Part shown: positions 9,781 through 18,620 of the stretch, in pieces | Numbering within the stretch: position 1 is the stretch's first letter | Layout of the letters: each line of letters opens with the position of its first letter | Assembly (NCBI GenBank): GCA_038043285.1 | Contig: JBBTCJ010000041.1 | Coordinates: 13,826 to 77,825 of the forward strand | Length of the DNA stretch: 64,000 bases | DNA from: Planctomycetota bacterium | Lineage (GTDB): Bacteria; Planctomycetota; Phycisphaerae; UBA1845 | Reading direction: 5' to 3' | Program-made: the position numbers and the translations under genes | Notes under the pieces: model-generated | What the model saw: the letters and a program-made list of their open reading frames with translations, nothing else | Database searches by the model: none | What the model was told of the DNA's origin: nothing

Positions 9781-11232
9781 TTAGCGATAGAGACTGAGCG
9801 CCGCCCGAAATGGCGCCCACGGCGCGCGGAAGGCCAGGGCAACCAGGTCAAGATTGGAAAGGTGCGTACGAAACGCCCGCGAGGTCGGGCGGACCCAGTA
9901 GCGCGCGGGCCACTCCGCCGCGGCGCATGCCATCGCCTCGCATATCAACACGCGATCGATGTCGCACTCGGCTGAAACGTCCGCCACGACTCCCTCTAGC
10001 GTCAGCAGCGATTTCCTAAACAACAACAGATCTCTGCTAAGGCGCACGCGTGCCCGCGTCGCGGCCGAGTCCAGCAATGCCGTCAGCCATGCGATGCCGG
10101 GGAACGAACCGTGACAAATTCGCTCGACCGCATGGTTTGTTACGTCGCGAAGCGCCCCTTCGTCCGGCGTAAACGACGAAAGTTTCGTAATCGTCCGGCA
10201 CAGGGCGGACCCATCCAGCAGCATCGCATCCAGAACCATCCGTGTGATGCAAGCTCTGACATCTTTGTCGAGATAACCAACCAGACTCCAGTCGAGGATA
10301 CCGACGTTTCCGTCGCCGTCGGCAAGCAGGTTCCCTGCGTGCGGATCCGCGTGAAACATCGCCCGCGCAGCGTCACCAAACGTGGGCGTGGTGATCAGCG
10401 CCCTGACAATGGTCTCGGCCATCTGGTCTCGCTTGGCTGCCGCGGGCTTGGCGGCATCCGTGACCTTCTCGCCCTCCACGAAGGTCATCGCTGTCAGCCT
10501 TGGCGTGCAGAACGGCAGCAAGTCCGGAATGCGAACGCCGGAGAACCGTTGATAAACCTTCGCCGCACTAGCAAGGTGCGCTTGTTCGTTTTCCAGTCGC
10601 ACCTCCGACCGCAGCAGTGAACCGACTTCTTCGAGTACCTCCGCATACTCGACGTTCGGTAGCGCATATTGTCGGCTGCGCTCTTCCAAAAACGCTCCAA
10701 GGCCGCCGAAGACCTCAAGCTCATCGTCGAGCTTGCTCTCCACATCAGGCTTGAGGACTTTGAAGACCCCTCGCGGCGCGGAGTCCACCTCGGCGGAATC
10801 CGCCGTCCACTCGAACGGCACGACGATAGCGACGCTGCCTTCGGCGATCGCGTGAGTCCCGATCCGAAGGCCGGCCGGCGCCGCGGCGCCCAACTCTTTC
10901 CGAACCGCGATAGAAGCGTCACCTTCTGGTTGCGGTGCGAGCACCTCAAGTCCTTGCAGCGCTGTACGAAGTTCCGCGGACAGCTCGCGATGGTGGGCAA
11001 GCACTTGGCCAAGCTTGTGCAGCGTTGGGCACTCGCGCATCAGGGCCGCCAACTGCTGCGGCCGCGATCCCGCCGTTGCAGAAGTCTCCATGACCGTCCG
11101 AATCGACTCGACGCGGTGCGGAGGTAGCTGGGTGACGAAAAACTCGAGGGCCTCGATAATTAAAAGCGCGTAGCCGCGTTGCCGATCGGGGACGAGCGGC
11201 TCAAAGTGACTGAGATTGATTGCCCGTGGCAT
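9781..11232 (-). CDS. ABC1/ADCK/UbiB-family atypical protein kinase
   Basis: 483 aa with an ATG start. 'MFHADPHAGNLL' and 'GILDWSLVG' match the catalytic-loop and DFG-equivalent motifs of ABC1-domain kinases. Confidence 0.8.
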   Translation of the reverse strand: MPRAINLSHFEPLVPDRQRGYALLIIEALEFFVTQLPPHRVESIRTVMETSATAGSRPQQLAALMRECPTLHKLGQVLAHHRELSAELRTALQGLEVLAPQPEGDASIAVRKELGAAAPAGLRIGTHAIAEGSVAIVVPFEWTADSAEVDSAPRGVFKVLKPDVESKLDDELEVFGGLGAFLEERSRQYALPNVEYAEVLEEVGSLLRSEVRLENEQAHLASAAKVYQRFSGVRIPDLLPFCTPRLTAMTFVEGEKVTDAAKPAAAKRDQMAETIVRALITTPTFGDAARAMFHADPHAGNLLADGDGNVGILDWSLVGYLDKDVRACITRMVLDAMLLDGSALCRTITKLSSFTPDEGALRDVTNHAVERICHGSFPGIAWLTALLDSAATRARVRLSRDLLLFRKSLLTLEGVVADVSAECDIDRVLICEAMACAAAEWPARYWVRPTSRAFRTHLSNLDLVALAFRAPWAPFRAALSLYR

Positions 11233-11400
11233 GGCGCTTCTGCCGATGGCTCATCCCCGTCGAAAGCACGGCCCGGCAATCGACTGAACTTCGACCGAGA
11301 GCACACCGCGTGCCGCGCCTATCGGCAAAATCACGAGGCGCGAGGAGTTGTTAGCCATTGTCCGTGCTGCGGGACCGGAAGTCGAGTTCCGCTGAGGAAC

Positions 11401-11474
11401 TGGGCGATACAGGACTTGAACCTGTGACCTCCTGCGTGTCGAGCAGGCGCTCTAGCCAACTGAGCTAATCGCCC
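11401..11474 (-). tRNA. tRNA-Val (anticodon GAC)
   Basis: The reverse complement folds as a 74-nt cloverleaf: GGGCGAT-TA-GCTC-AGTTGGCTA-GAGC-G-CCTGC-TCGACAC-GCAGG-AGGTC-ACAGG-TTCAAGT-CCTGT-ATCGCCC-A. The anticodon loop TCGACAC gives GAC at positions 34-36. Position 33 is C rather than the usual U. CCA is not encoded. Confidence 0.88.
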
Positions 11475-11553
11475 CAGATGCGCGGCATTGAACCGCACGA
11501 CCACGACTGCGTCAACGAGCCGTCCTCACGGCGCCGTCACGGTAAAGAAACAC

Positions 11554-11627
11554 TAGCGGCGCCCGGACTTGAACCGGGGACCTTGAGATTATGAATCCCA
11601 CGCTCTCACCAACTGAGCTACGCCGCC
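11554..11627 (-). tRNA. tRNA with CAT anticodon (elongator tRNA-Met, or tRNA-Ile2 if lysidine-modified)
   Basis: The reverse complement folds as a 74-nt cloverleaf: GGCGGCG-TA-GCTC-AGTTGGTGA-GAGC-G-TGGGA-TTCATAA-TCTCA-AGGTC-CCCGG-TTCAAGT-CCGGG-CGCCGCT-A. Pair 1:72 is G-U. It lacks the three consecutive G-C pairs in the anticodon stem expected of an initiator. CCA is not encoded. Confidence 0.85.
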
Positions 11628-11838
11628 CCGCGCCGGCCCAGCCATGCGCTTCGCCCCGCGCGGCGGGGCCGCGAGGGAACCAGTTTAGTATACTCGACGT
11701 CGAAAGAGGGGCAACAAGCCTGGGCGCCTTGACACCACCGACACTCGACCTCTCAACTGCCGTCCGCTGTCGTCCCACTGCTCCCTTGCGGTAACGCTCA
11801 TGGTGTCTCGCAAGACGCCTCTGCGACCGCGGACGCAG

Positions 11839-13755
11839 TTACTTGCCTTCCTTCACCTCGAACTCCGCGTCGATGACGTCATCGTCCTTGCTCTTCGTCG
11901 TTGATGCCCCCGGTGGTGTTCCAGCCGACACGCCCGCGCCCTGTGCCTTCGCCGTCTGCTCGTAGATGATCTTGCCGATGGATTGCGCATCGCGCATGAG
12001 CTGGTCGCTCGCCTTCTTGATCGCCTCCGTTTCACTCCCCTTCAACGCCTCGCGCAGCCGATTAACGGACGATTCAATCGTTGACCGCTCACCCGCAGGA
12101 ATCTTGTCCCCGTGTTCAGACAACTGCCGCTCGATCTCGTAAATCGAGTTCTCGGCCATGTTGCGGGTCTTGACAAGCTCTGCCTTCTTGAGGTCGTCGG
12201 CAGCGTGCTGCTCGGCATCACGCTTCATGCGCTCGATTTCATCCTTGGCCAACCCGCCGCTACCTTCGATGCGAATGGATTGCTCCCGGCCGGTGGCCTT
12301 GTCCTTGGCCGAGACGTTCAGAATGCCGTTGCGGTCGATGTCAAACGTAACTTCAACCTGCGGCAGCCCTCTCGGTGCGGGAGCGATACCCGTCAGGTTG
12401 AACCGTCCGAGCGTGCGGTTGTCGATGGCCATCGGTCGGTTGCCTTGCAGCACGTGGATCGTGACCTCCGTTTGATTGTCCGCGGCCGTCGAAAACGTCT
12501 CCGACTTGGAGGTCGGGATCGTGGTGTTGGCCTCGATCAACGGCGTCGCCACGCCGCCCAGCGTCTCGACCCCCAAGGCGAGCGGCGTGACGTCGAGCAG
12601 GACGATGTCGTCCTTCTCGCCAGCAAGGACCGCGCCCTGGATGCCGGCCCCGACGGCTACGACCTCATCGGGGTTGATGCTCCTGTTGGGTTCCTTATTG
12701 AAAACCTCCTTGACCAGCCGCTGAACCGCGGGCATGCGCGTTGAGCCGCCGACCAGCACCACCTCGTCAATGTCCTTGGCCGACAGCTTCGCACTCTGCA
12801 TGGTTTCCATGACCGGGTTGCGGCAGCGGTCGGTCAGGTGCTTGGTCATTTGCTCGAACTGGCTCCGCGTCAGCGTAACCTGCAGGTGTTTGGGCCCGGT
12901 ATCCGTTGCGGTGATGTAAGGAAGATTGATCGTCGTCTCCAGCACCGTGGAAAGCTCACACTTGGCCTTTTCCGCGGCTTCCTTCAACCGCTGAAGCGCC
13001 ATCGGATCCTTCCGAAGATCAATGCCTTCCTGTTTCCGGAACGTGTCCGCCAGGTGGTGAATCAACACGTCGTCGTAATCGTCGCCGCCGAGATGCCCGT
13101 CTCCGCTGGTGGATTTGACCTCGAACGTCCCGATTTCCGGGTCGATCTCGAGGATTGAGATGTCGAAGGTCCCGCCTCCCAGGTCGAATACGGCGATTCG
13201 TTGCTCCTTCTTCTTGTCCAGCCCATAGGCCAGCGCCGCCGCCGTCGGCTCGTTGATGATCCGCTCAACCTTCAACCCCGCGATTTCCCCCGCCTCCTTA
13301 GTCGCCTTCCGCTGCGAGTCGTTGAAGTACGCCGGAACGGTAATGACCGCCCGTTCGACCTTCTGGCCGAGATAGTCCTCCGCGGTCTTTTTGAGATCCT
13401 GTAGGATCATCGCGCTGATTTCCTGCGGAGTGTACCGCTTGCCCCGAACCTCTACCTTCACCAATTCCTCCGGTCCTCCCACGACCTTGTAGGGAACCAT
13501 CTTTTCCTCCGAGGCCACTTCATTGTGTCGCCGCCCCATGAACCTCTTGATCGAGAAAACGGTGTTTTCCGGGTTGGTGACCTGCTGATGTCTGGCCACC
13601 TGACCGACCAGGCGATCCCCCTTATCGGTGATGGCGACGACGGACGGCGTGAGCCGCGCGCCCTGCGCGTTGGTCAGCACCTTGACTTGGTCGCCCTCCA
13701 TGATGGCGACGACCGAGTTCGTCGTTCCCAGGTCGATTCCGATGATCTTCGACAC
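11839..13755 (-). CDS. dnaK: molecular chaperone DnaK (Hsp70)
   Basis: 638 aa with Hsp70 signatures '[11 protein letters not shown]', 'DLGGGTFD' and '[13 protein letters not shown]'. The start is GTG at 13755, preceded by GGAGGA. Confidence 0.97.
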   Translation of the reverse strand: MSKIIGIDLGTTNSVVAIMEGDQVKVLTNAQGARLTPSVVAITDKGDRLVGQVARHQQVTNPENTVFSIKRFMGRRHNEVASEEKMVPYKVVGGPEELVKVEVRGKRYTPQEISAMILQDLKKTAEDYLGQKVERAVITVPAYFNDSQRKATKEAGEIAGLKVERIINEPTAAALAYGLDKKKEQRIAVFDLGGGTFDISILEIDPEIGTFEVKSTSGDGHLGGDDYDDVLIHHLADTFRKQEGIDLRKDPMALQRLKEAAEKAKCELSTVLETTINLPYITATDTGPKHLQVTLTRSQFEQMTKHLTDRCRNPVMETMQSAKLSAKDIDEVVLVGGSTRMPAVQRLVKEVFNKEPNRSINPDEVVAVGAGIQGAVLAGEKDDIVLLDVTPLALGVETLGGVATPLIEANTTIPTSKSETFSTAADNQTEVTIHVLQGNRPMAIDNRTLGRFNLTGIAPAPRGLPQVEVTFDIDRNGILNVSAKDKATGREQSIRIEGSGGLAKDEIERMKRDAEQHAADDLKKAELVKTRNMAENSIYEIERQLSEHGDKIPAGERSTIESSVNRLREALKGSETEAIKKASDQLMRDAQSIGKIIYEQTAKAQGAGVSAGTPPGASTTKSKDDDVIDAEFEVKEGK

Positions 13756-14031
13756 GATACGAATCCTCCACGAAAAGCCACTGTGCCCGCCGAACCATCA
13801 GCGGACTCGACTAAAAGCTAGCACCCAACGTGCCGTAGCTGTCCGCAGGGCGTTTGCTTCTAAGTATCTTATTTACCATAGGTAAGCACCTTTCGCCGCG
13901 ACAAACGCCGGGCTGTTCTGCCAACATGGCAGCTCCCTTCCGTGCGGATTTGGCACGTCAAGCCGGCAAGGGCGTTACGCGACCTCGCAAAAAAATGCTT
14001 GGTCGCTGCCCAAAGGTCGATAAACTCTCGG

Positions 14032-14520
14032 ATGATGATGGAGATTGAACCGCTTACGACTGCGGAGGGGAGTTCCCATCCGACCGTCCGCCAACAGTCC
14101 GTCTTTGTCGAGAATCGGGTCGGACAGTTGCTCCGGTTGACCCGCCTTTTTGATCAAACGGAAATCCGCATCCTCGCCGTTTCCATAGTTTATTCCGTCG
14201 ACTGCGCCATCTGCCGCATGATCCTTGACGATCCCGACAAGGCCTACGACGTGCTTTCCGAGTCGGGGTTCCAGGTCAGCGAAACCGAACTCCTTGTCGT
14301 CAGTCTGCCGCAGGGCAAGCGGGCGTTGCTCCACACCTGGGCTGCCCTGTTGGCCGCAGAGATCAACATCCATTACGTCTATCCCCTCCTGGTACAGCCC
14401 TACGGTTGTCCCGCCATCGCGGTGCTCCCCGACAACATCCCGCAGGCGATCACCACGCTGAGGGAACGGAAGTTTGACGTCCTGGACCAATCCTCGCTTC
14501 GGGGCGAGCGAGGGCACTGA
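14032..14520 (+). CDS. ACT-domain-containing protein (small-molecule-binding regulatory protein)
   Basis: 'SVFVENRVGQLLRLTRLFDQTEIRILAVSI' followed by 'ELLVVSLPQGKRALLHTWAALLAAEINIHYVY' looks like two ACT-type beta-alpha-beta units. I chose the ATG cluster at 14032-14040. The track ORF begins at GTG 13942, so the start is uncertain. Confidence 0.5.
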   Translation: MMMEIEPLTTAEGSSHPTVRQQSVFVENRVGQLLRLTRLFDQTEIRILAVSIVYSVDCAICRMILDDPDKAYDVLSESGFQVSETELLVVSLPQGKRALLHTWAALLAAEINIHYVYPLLVQPYGCPAIAVLPDNIPQAITTLRERKFDVLDQSSLRGERGH

Positions 14521-14579
14521 CGGTCCGCCGGTCTGGAGCTAGACTACCCCACCACTTATACGGACGGAGCGACTGACGC

Positions 14580-15095
14580 ATGGCCGACATGGACGTGGCA
14601 CTTCTGATCACCCGTTGGATTCACGTCGTCGCGGCTGCCTGCTTGCTGGGCGGATCGCTCTTTGTCGCCATGGCCATGATCCCCGGAACGCGCGCGGCGC
14701 TGGACGAAACGACGCGGGCGAGGTTGCACGAGCTGGTGCGAAAGCGATGGGTTCCGATCGTTCACGGAAGCATCACGTTTCTTGTGCTGACAGGGGGGTA
14801 CAGCTTTTTCCGCCTGGCGTTCCAGGCGAAGATCAAGCCCATGCCCTATCACGCGATTTTCAGCGTGAAACTGCTGGCGGCCATCGCTGTCTTCTTCATC
14901 GCAGTGGTAATGGTCGGCCGAGGGCAGGGCTTCCACGGCATGCACGCCCGACGCCGGGCCTGGCTGACGGTTGCCGCCTGTTTGGGGGCCTTCATCATCC
15001 TGGCGTCGGGAATGCTTGCCCAGGTGCGGGCTCGGTCCGGGATCGACCCCGTTTCGCCACGGGATGCCGCGACCAGCGCCGACGATGGCGGATGA
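14580..15095 (+). CDS. hypothetical 4-helix membrane protein (CopD-like topology)
   Basis: 171 aa with ATG preceded by GGAG. Four hydrophobic helices are present ('WIHVVAAACLLGGSLFVAMAMI', 'VHGSITFLVLTGGYSFF', 'KLLAAIAVFFIAVVMV', 'LTVAACLGAFIILASGML'). The family assignment is weak. Confidence 0.45.
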   Translation: MADMDVALLITRWIHVVAAACLLGGSLFVAMAMIPGTRAALDETTRARLHELVRKRWVPIVHGSITFLVLTGGYSFFRLAFQAKIKPMPYHAIFSVKLLAAIAVFFIAVVMVGRGQGFHGMHARRRAWLTVAACLGAFIILASGMLAQVRARSGIDPVSPRDAATSADDGG

Positions 15096-15152
15096 CCGTT
15101 CGCGAATGGATTTCACCAGCAACGGTTCTGAAAGGGCGAGCACCGCAAGAGC

Positions 15153-16403
15153 GTGAATCCACTTGTCGTTCATCGCGTCACCGTCTATCCGCTGGGAATC
15201 CCGTTTCGACAACGCGTGCGGCACGCGGCTGCAGAAAGAACCGCTTCCGACGCCATCGTAGTTCGCGTTGAAACAGTCCACGGTCATAGCGGATTCGGAG
15301 AAACCCTCGCCCGTGAGTACGTCACCGGTGAAACCGCTGCCACGGTGCTTGGCGCGATCCGAGACGTCTACCTGCCGTTCCTCACGACGTTCCGTGCGCG
15401 ATCCTTCGCTGACGCGTTCGAGGCGATTGACGCGCTACCCTGGGTTACGCGCGAGGGTCACCCGTGTTCGGCGGCGAGGGCCGCCGTCGAACTTTCGCTC
15501 CTGGACCTCACCCTCCGAATCTTCGCCCGCGACATGGAATCGCTCGTGGGTTGGCTTGATCTTCCCGGCTTTGGAAAACCCGGAAGTCTAGACCGGATAC
15601 GATTCAGCGGAGTGCTGGCCTCAGAAGACCTCTCACGCACGATGCGGCAGCTCCGGCTGATGTACTGGTCCGGACTTCGTCACTTCAAACTCAAGGTCGG
15701 CTTTCCGGAAGACGCCCAGACTGTCCGCGCGGTTGCGCGATATCTGGGAAGCGTCTTGCGTGACGGCCGGGCGACGCTGCGAGTGGACGCAAACGGCGCA
15801 TGGACGGCGGCGTCGGCCCACGATTGGTTGCAGGGCATGCGCGACGTCCCGCTCGTTGCTGTCGAGCAACCGTTGTCCCCGGCTGACGATTCTAAACTTG
15901 TTCCGCTGGTCGACGACGGCTTGTTGTCAGGGACCGTGGGCAGAGTCGGACGCACCCGCTTGCCCGGCAGCGCGCCAGAGGCACCCATCGTAGTGCTTGA
16001 CGAATCGCTGCGGACTCTCGACGATGCGCAAACGCTTGTGGAAGCCGGCATCGGAGGCGGATTCAACATCCGCATTGCCAAATGCGGTGGATTGATTCCA
16101 TCGCTGCGACTGGCCGCCTTTGCGCGGCGCGAGGGCGTCCAAATCCAGCTGGGCTGCATGGTAGGCGAGACGAGCCTGTTGTCCGCCGCGGCCATCCGGT
16201 TTCTTGAGGTGTGTCCCGGCGTTCGATGGGCCGAAGGTTGCTTCGGGAAGCTCCTCCTTCGTGACGAAATCGTGGCTCGGCCGCTTCGTTTTGGGTTTGG
16301 TGGGCGACCGCCGAAGCCCAACTCCGGGGGTTTGGGGCCGACACCCGACCCGCGCAACCTGGACCGGCTGTGTATTTCCACGCCCGTCCTGTACCAACTC
16401 TGA
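15153..16403 (+). CDS. enolase-superfamily enzyme, mandelate racemase/muconate-lactonizing (dipeptide-epimerase-like) subgroup
   Basis: 416 aa with a GTG start. 'FKLKVG', 'LRVDANGAW', 'VEQPL', 'VLDESL' and 'NIRIAKCGG' match the catalytic Lys and the D-E-D metal-ligand pattern of MR/MLE enzymes. An atypical ~30-aa insert lies before the third ligand. Confidence 0.8.
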   Translation: MNPLVVHRVTVYPLGIPFRQRVRHAAAERTASDAIVVRVETVHGHSGFGETLAREYVTGETAATVLGAIRDVYLPFLTTFRARSFADAFEAIDALPWVTREGHPCSAARAAVELSLLDLTLRIFARDMESLVGWLDLPGFGKPGSLDRIRFSGVLASEDLSRTMRQLRLMYWSGLRHFKLKVGFPEDAQTVRAVARYLGSVLRDGRATLRVDANGAWTAASAHDWLQGMRDVPLVAVEQPLSPADDSKLVPLVDDGLLSGTVGRVGRTRLPGSAPEAPIVVLDESLRTLDDAQTLVEAGIGGGFNIRIAKCGGLIPSLRLAAFARREGVQIQLGCMVGETSLLSAAAIRFLEVCPGVRWAEGCFGKLLLRDEIVARPLRFGFGGRPPKPNSGGLGPTPDPRNLDRLCISTPVLYQL

Positions 16404-16448
16404 CGGCCTTAGCCAACCGATCCATCCAACCGCGCCACCAAAGTCAAA

Positions 16449-16477
16449 GGGCGGAGGCCGACGACCGGCCTCCGCCC
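16449..16477. terminator. perfect 12-bp GC-rich hairpin between convergent genes (likely bidirectional terminator)
   Basis: GGGCGGAGGCCG-acgac-CGGCCTCCGCCC. It lies between the enolase-family stop (16403) and the protease stop (16562). On the minus strand it is followed by TTTGACTTT. Confidence 0.6.
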
Positions 16478-16561
16478 CGTACTCAACTCGTTGATCATGC
16501 CGGCGTCATCGAAGCGGCACGCGGATCAGGCGTGGACCACTCCGTTTACGCCGCACCCACG

Positions 16562-18025
16562 TCACGGAGCCAGATACGGCTGGACCGACGCCCAGTAGTA
16601 GGCGAACGCTCCGTCGACCGTGGCGTTGTTGGCGGCATCGCATGGATCGCCCGGATTATATCCACAAGCTCCGGACAACTGCCCGACGACCTGGCTCGTG
16701 TCCTGTCTCACGACCGGCGAGCCGCTGCTTCCGCCGTCGGTCGCGCCGAGTGTGTCCTGGCTGTAGATGCGCTCGCCGCGAGGCCAGCCCGTGCAGGTCG
16801 GCTTGCTTGTGTCAACATTCTGCTCCGAATACACCTGGGGTCCGAACTGCGGGTTGCTGACGCGCTTGAGGGCAACTCCGTTGGTGTTCGCTACGGCCGC
16901 GCTCGTCCAGCCGAGGAACACCGATCCGGCGGGGGGATTGGTGTTCAAGGTCACCAGTGTGTAGTCGCCCCTGCGGTTCGTGGACCGAACTGTCGAGCCG
17001 GTGGTCTTGTAGGGCCAGCCGGAGTTGCTCGGGCACGCTCCGTTGCACGACGAAGTGCGGAACCGCCAGTAGAAGGAGACATTCTTGGCCGTCGCCGTCT
17101 TGCTGAAGCAGTGATTGGCCGTCAGGAAGAAGTTGTTCAACGTCGCGTTGCTGTCGGTCAGCAATCCGCCGCTGCACGTGTAAATGTAGGGGCCGGCGAT
17201 CCACTCCATCTTGGCAATGGCGTCCCGGATGTTGTTCGCCGCGGCGTAGCACGAGGCGTCGACGATGCAGGCCACGTTGCCGCAGAAGCTCGCCGCAGTG
17301 ATCGTTGATTCCACGAACGCCCGGCTGATGTACCCCACTTCCGTCATGGTGAACGAGGATCCGCGAAGATCGGCTCGCGTCTGCGCCTTGAGCATGACGA
17401 TTCCCGTCTCCGAGAAAACCGACTCGGTCCAGAACTCGCCGTCCCCGCTGGGGCCCATGGCCGTGTACGGTCCGTAGGTCTCGCCTTCCGGGCTGAAGAA
17501 GTACAATTCCGCGCCGTTGGTCAGGTTCACGTTTTCAAGGTGAATGCGAAGACCGCCCGCGCCGTCGGCGGAGACCGCCTGCGCCCAGACGTACAGGCCG
17601 TCCGCGGTTTCCTGGGCCGTGCCCGTCCCCTTGCCACGGCTGTTTTTCGAGGCACGAGTCGTCGAAGGATCGGACAAGGAGATCCCAGCGCCCAGCGACT
17701 TGACCAGCCCGACCCGCAGCGGCGCGACTTCGCCTACGGGAGTTATTTCAAGCTGGGCCAGTTCCTCGTCGCTGAACTCGATGCGAACCGTGGAGTCGAA
17801 GGTCGCGTCCGGAAGGTCCGCCGAAAGCATGTCGAACATCCCTTGCTGGATCGCGAAAAACTGCTCCGGCGTGTAACCGACCTCCGAAACTTCGGAGAAC
17901 GTCTCTACGACGCCGTCTCTTGCCGGCGTCACCGCCGGCTCAGCCGCCCACGCCACAGCAGCCAAGGCAAACGGTAACGCTCCCGCTGTACACCGTACAA
18001 CAAGCTTCCCATACGTTCCCGACAT
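16562..18025 (-). CDS. secreted trypsin-fold (S1, lysyl-endopeptidase-like) serine protease with N-terminal pro-region
   Basis: 'LTANHC' (His) and 'DGGSSGSPV' (Ser) are trypsin-fold catalytic motifs. The start was reset to ATG 18025, with GGAGG 8 nt upstream, giving the signal peptide 'MSGTYGKLVVRCTAGALPFALAAVAWAAEP'. The track ORF extends to 18286. Confidence 0.75.
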   Translation of the reverse strand: MSGTYGKLVVRCTAGALPFALAAVAWAAEPAVTPARDGVVETFSEVSEVGYTPEQFFAIQQGMFDMLSADLPDATFDSTVRIEFSDEELAQLEITPVGEVAPLRVGLVKSLGAGISLSDPSTTRASKNSRGKGTGTAQETADGLYVWAQAVSADGAGGLRIHLENVNLTNGAELYFFSPEGETYGPYTAMGPSGDGEFWTESVFSETGIVMLKAQTRADLRGSSFTMTEVGYISRAFVESTITAASFCGNVACIVDASCYAAANNIRDAIAKMEWIAGPYIYTCSGGLLTDSNATLNNFFLTANHCFSKTATAKNVSFYWRFRTSSCNGACPSNSGWPYKTTGSTVRSTNRRGDYTLVTLNTNPPAGSVFLGWTSAAVANTNGVALKRVSNPQFGPQVYSEQNVDTSKPTCTGWPRGERIYSQDTLGATDGGSSGSPVVRQDTSQVVGQLSGACGYNPGDPCDAANNATVDGAFAYYWASVQPYLAP

Positions 18026-18620
18026 GTGCCTTACCTCCCACCATGAGAACCCTGCCGCACGGGCGCGCGCCCGTTCGTCGGCAGTAACCATTTCATTTTC
18101 CATGAGCTGAGGGACTGGGCGCGCTGTGCGACCGCCCGGCAAAACGCCGGACGGGGTTGAAAGTGCGTTGACCTCCGCCACCGGCCTGCCCCAATCCGAT
18201 AACGAAAAACGACGAAGAGGCACAACTTGCCCACGAAATCTGCTGCCGGAAACACCCTGGCGACAGGGACGACTCCAAGAACCCATCGCGAAGGGAAAAG
18301 AAAGGCCGCCGACCCGATTGCCCGACGCAAAAGAGTCAGTTTGCTTTCCTCGTCCGAGAAAAGCAAGAAAAAAATCCGTGCCGCATCGAAAAACTGAAAA
18401 TTGTGCAGGTGCACCATAAACGCGACGGCTCGGGCGATCGGGTGTGAAGATGCGATACTGTCGTAACTCGAAATCGTTTGATCGTTTCGGGTGGCGGCGC
18501 GTGCGGGAGCAATCGCGTCGGGGACGGAGAGAGGGCCGCTCTCTGACGGTCGCGGAACGGATCCTGTACTCGGTTTGTCGCGTGACCTTACACTACCCGC
18601 GCACCGAGGATCGTGATTGA

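Noticed and set aside
13816-13840. CIRCE-like element upstream of dnaK (AGCTAGCAC-ccaac-GTGCcgTAGCT; left arm CTAGCACCC resembles TTAGCACTC)
   Set aside because: Only one half-site resembles the CIRCE consensus. The spacing and the right arm do not match TTAGCACTC-N9-GAGTGCTAA, and the palindrome needs a 2-nt bulge. This is not enough to call an HrcA operator.
18031-18417. 128-codon minus-strand ORF in the long gap upstream of the protease gene
   Set aside because: It has no RBS and an odd composition (Phe/Leu/Arg runs caused by the A-rich tract). It resembles no family I recognise.
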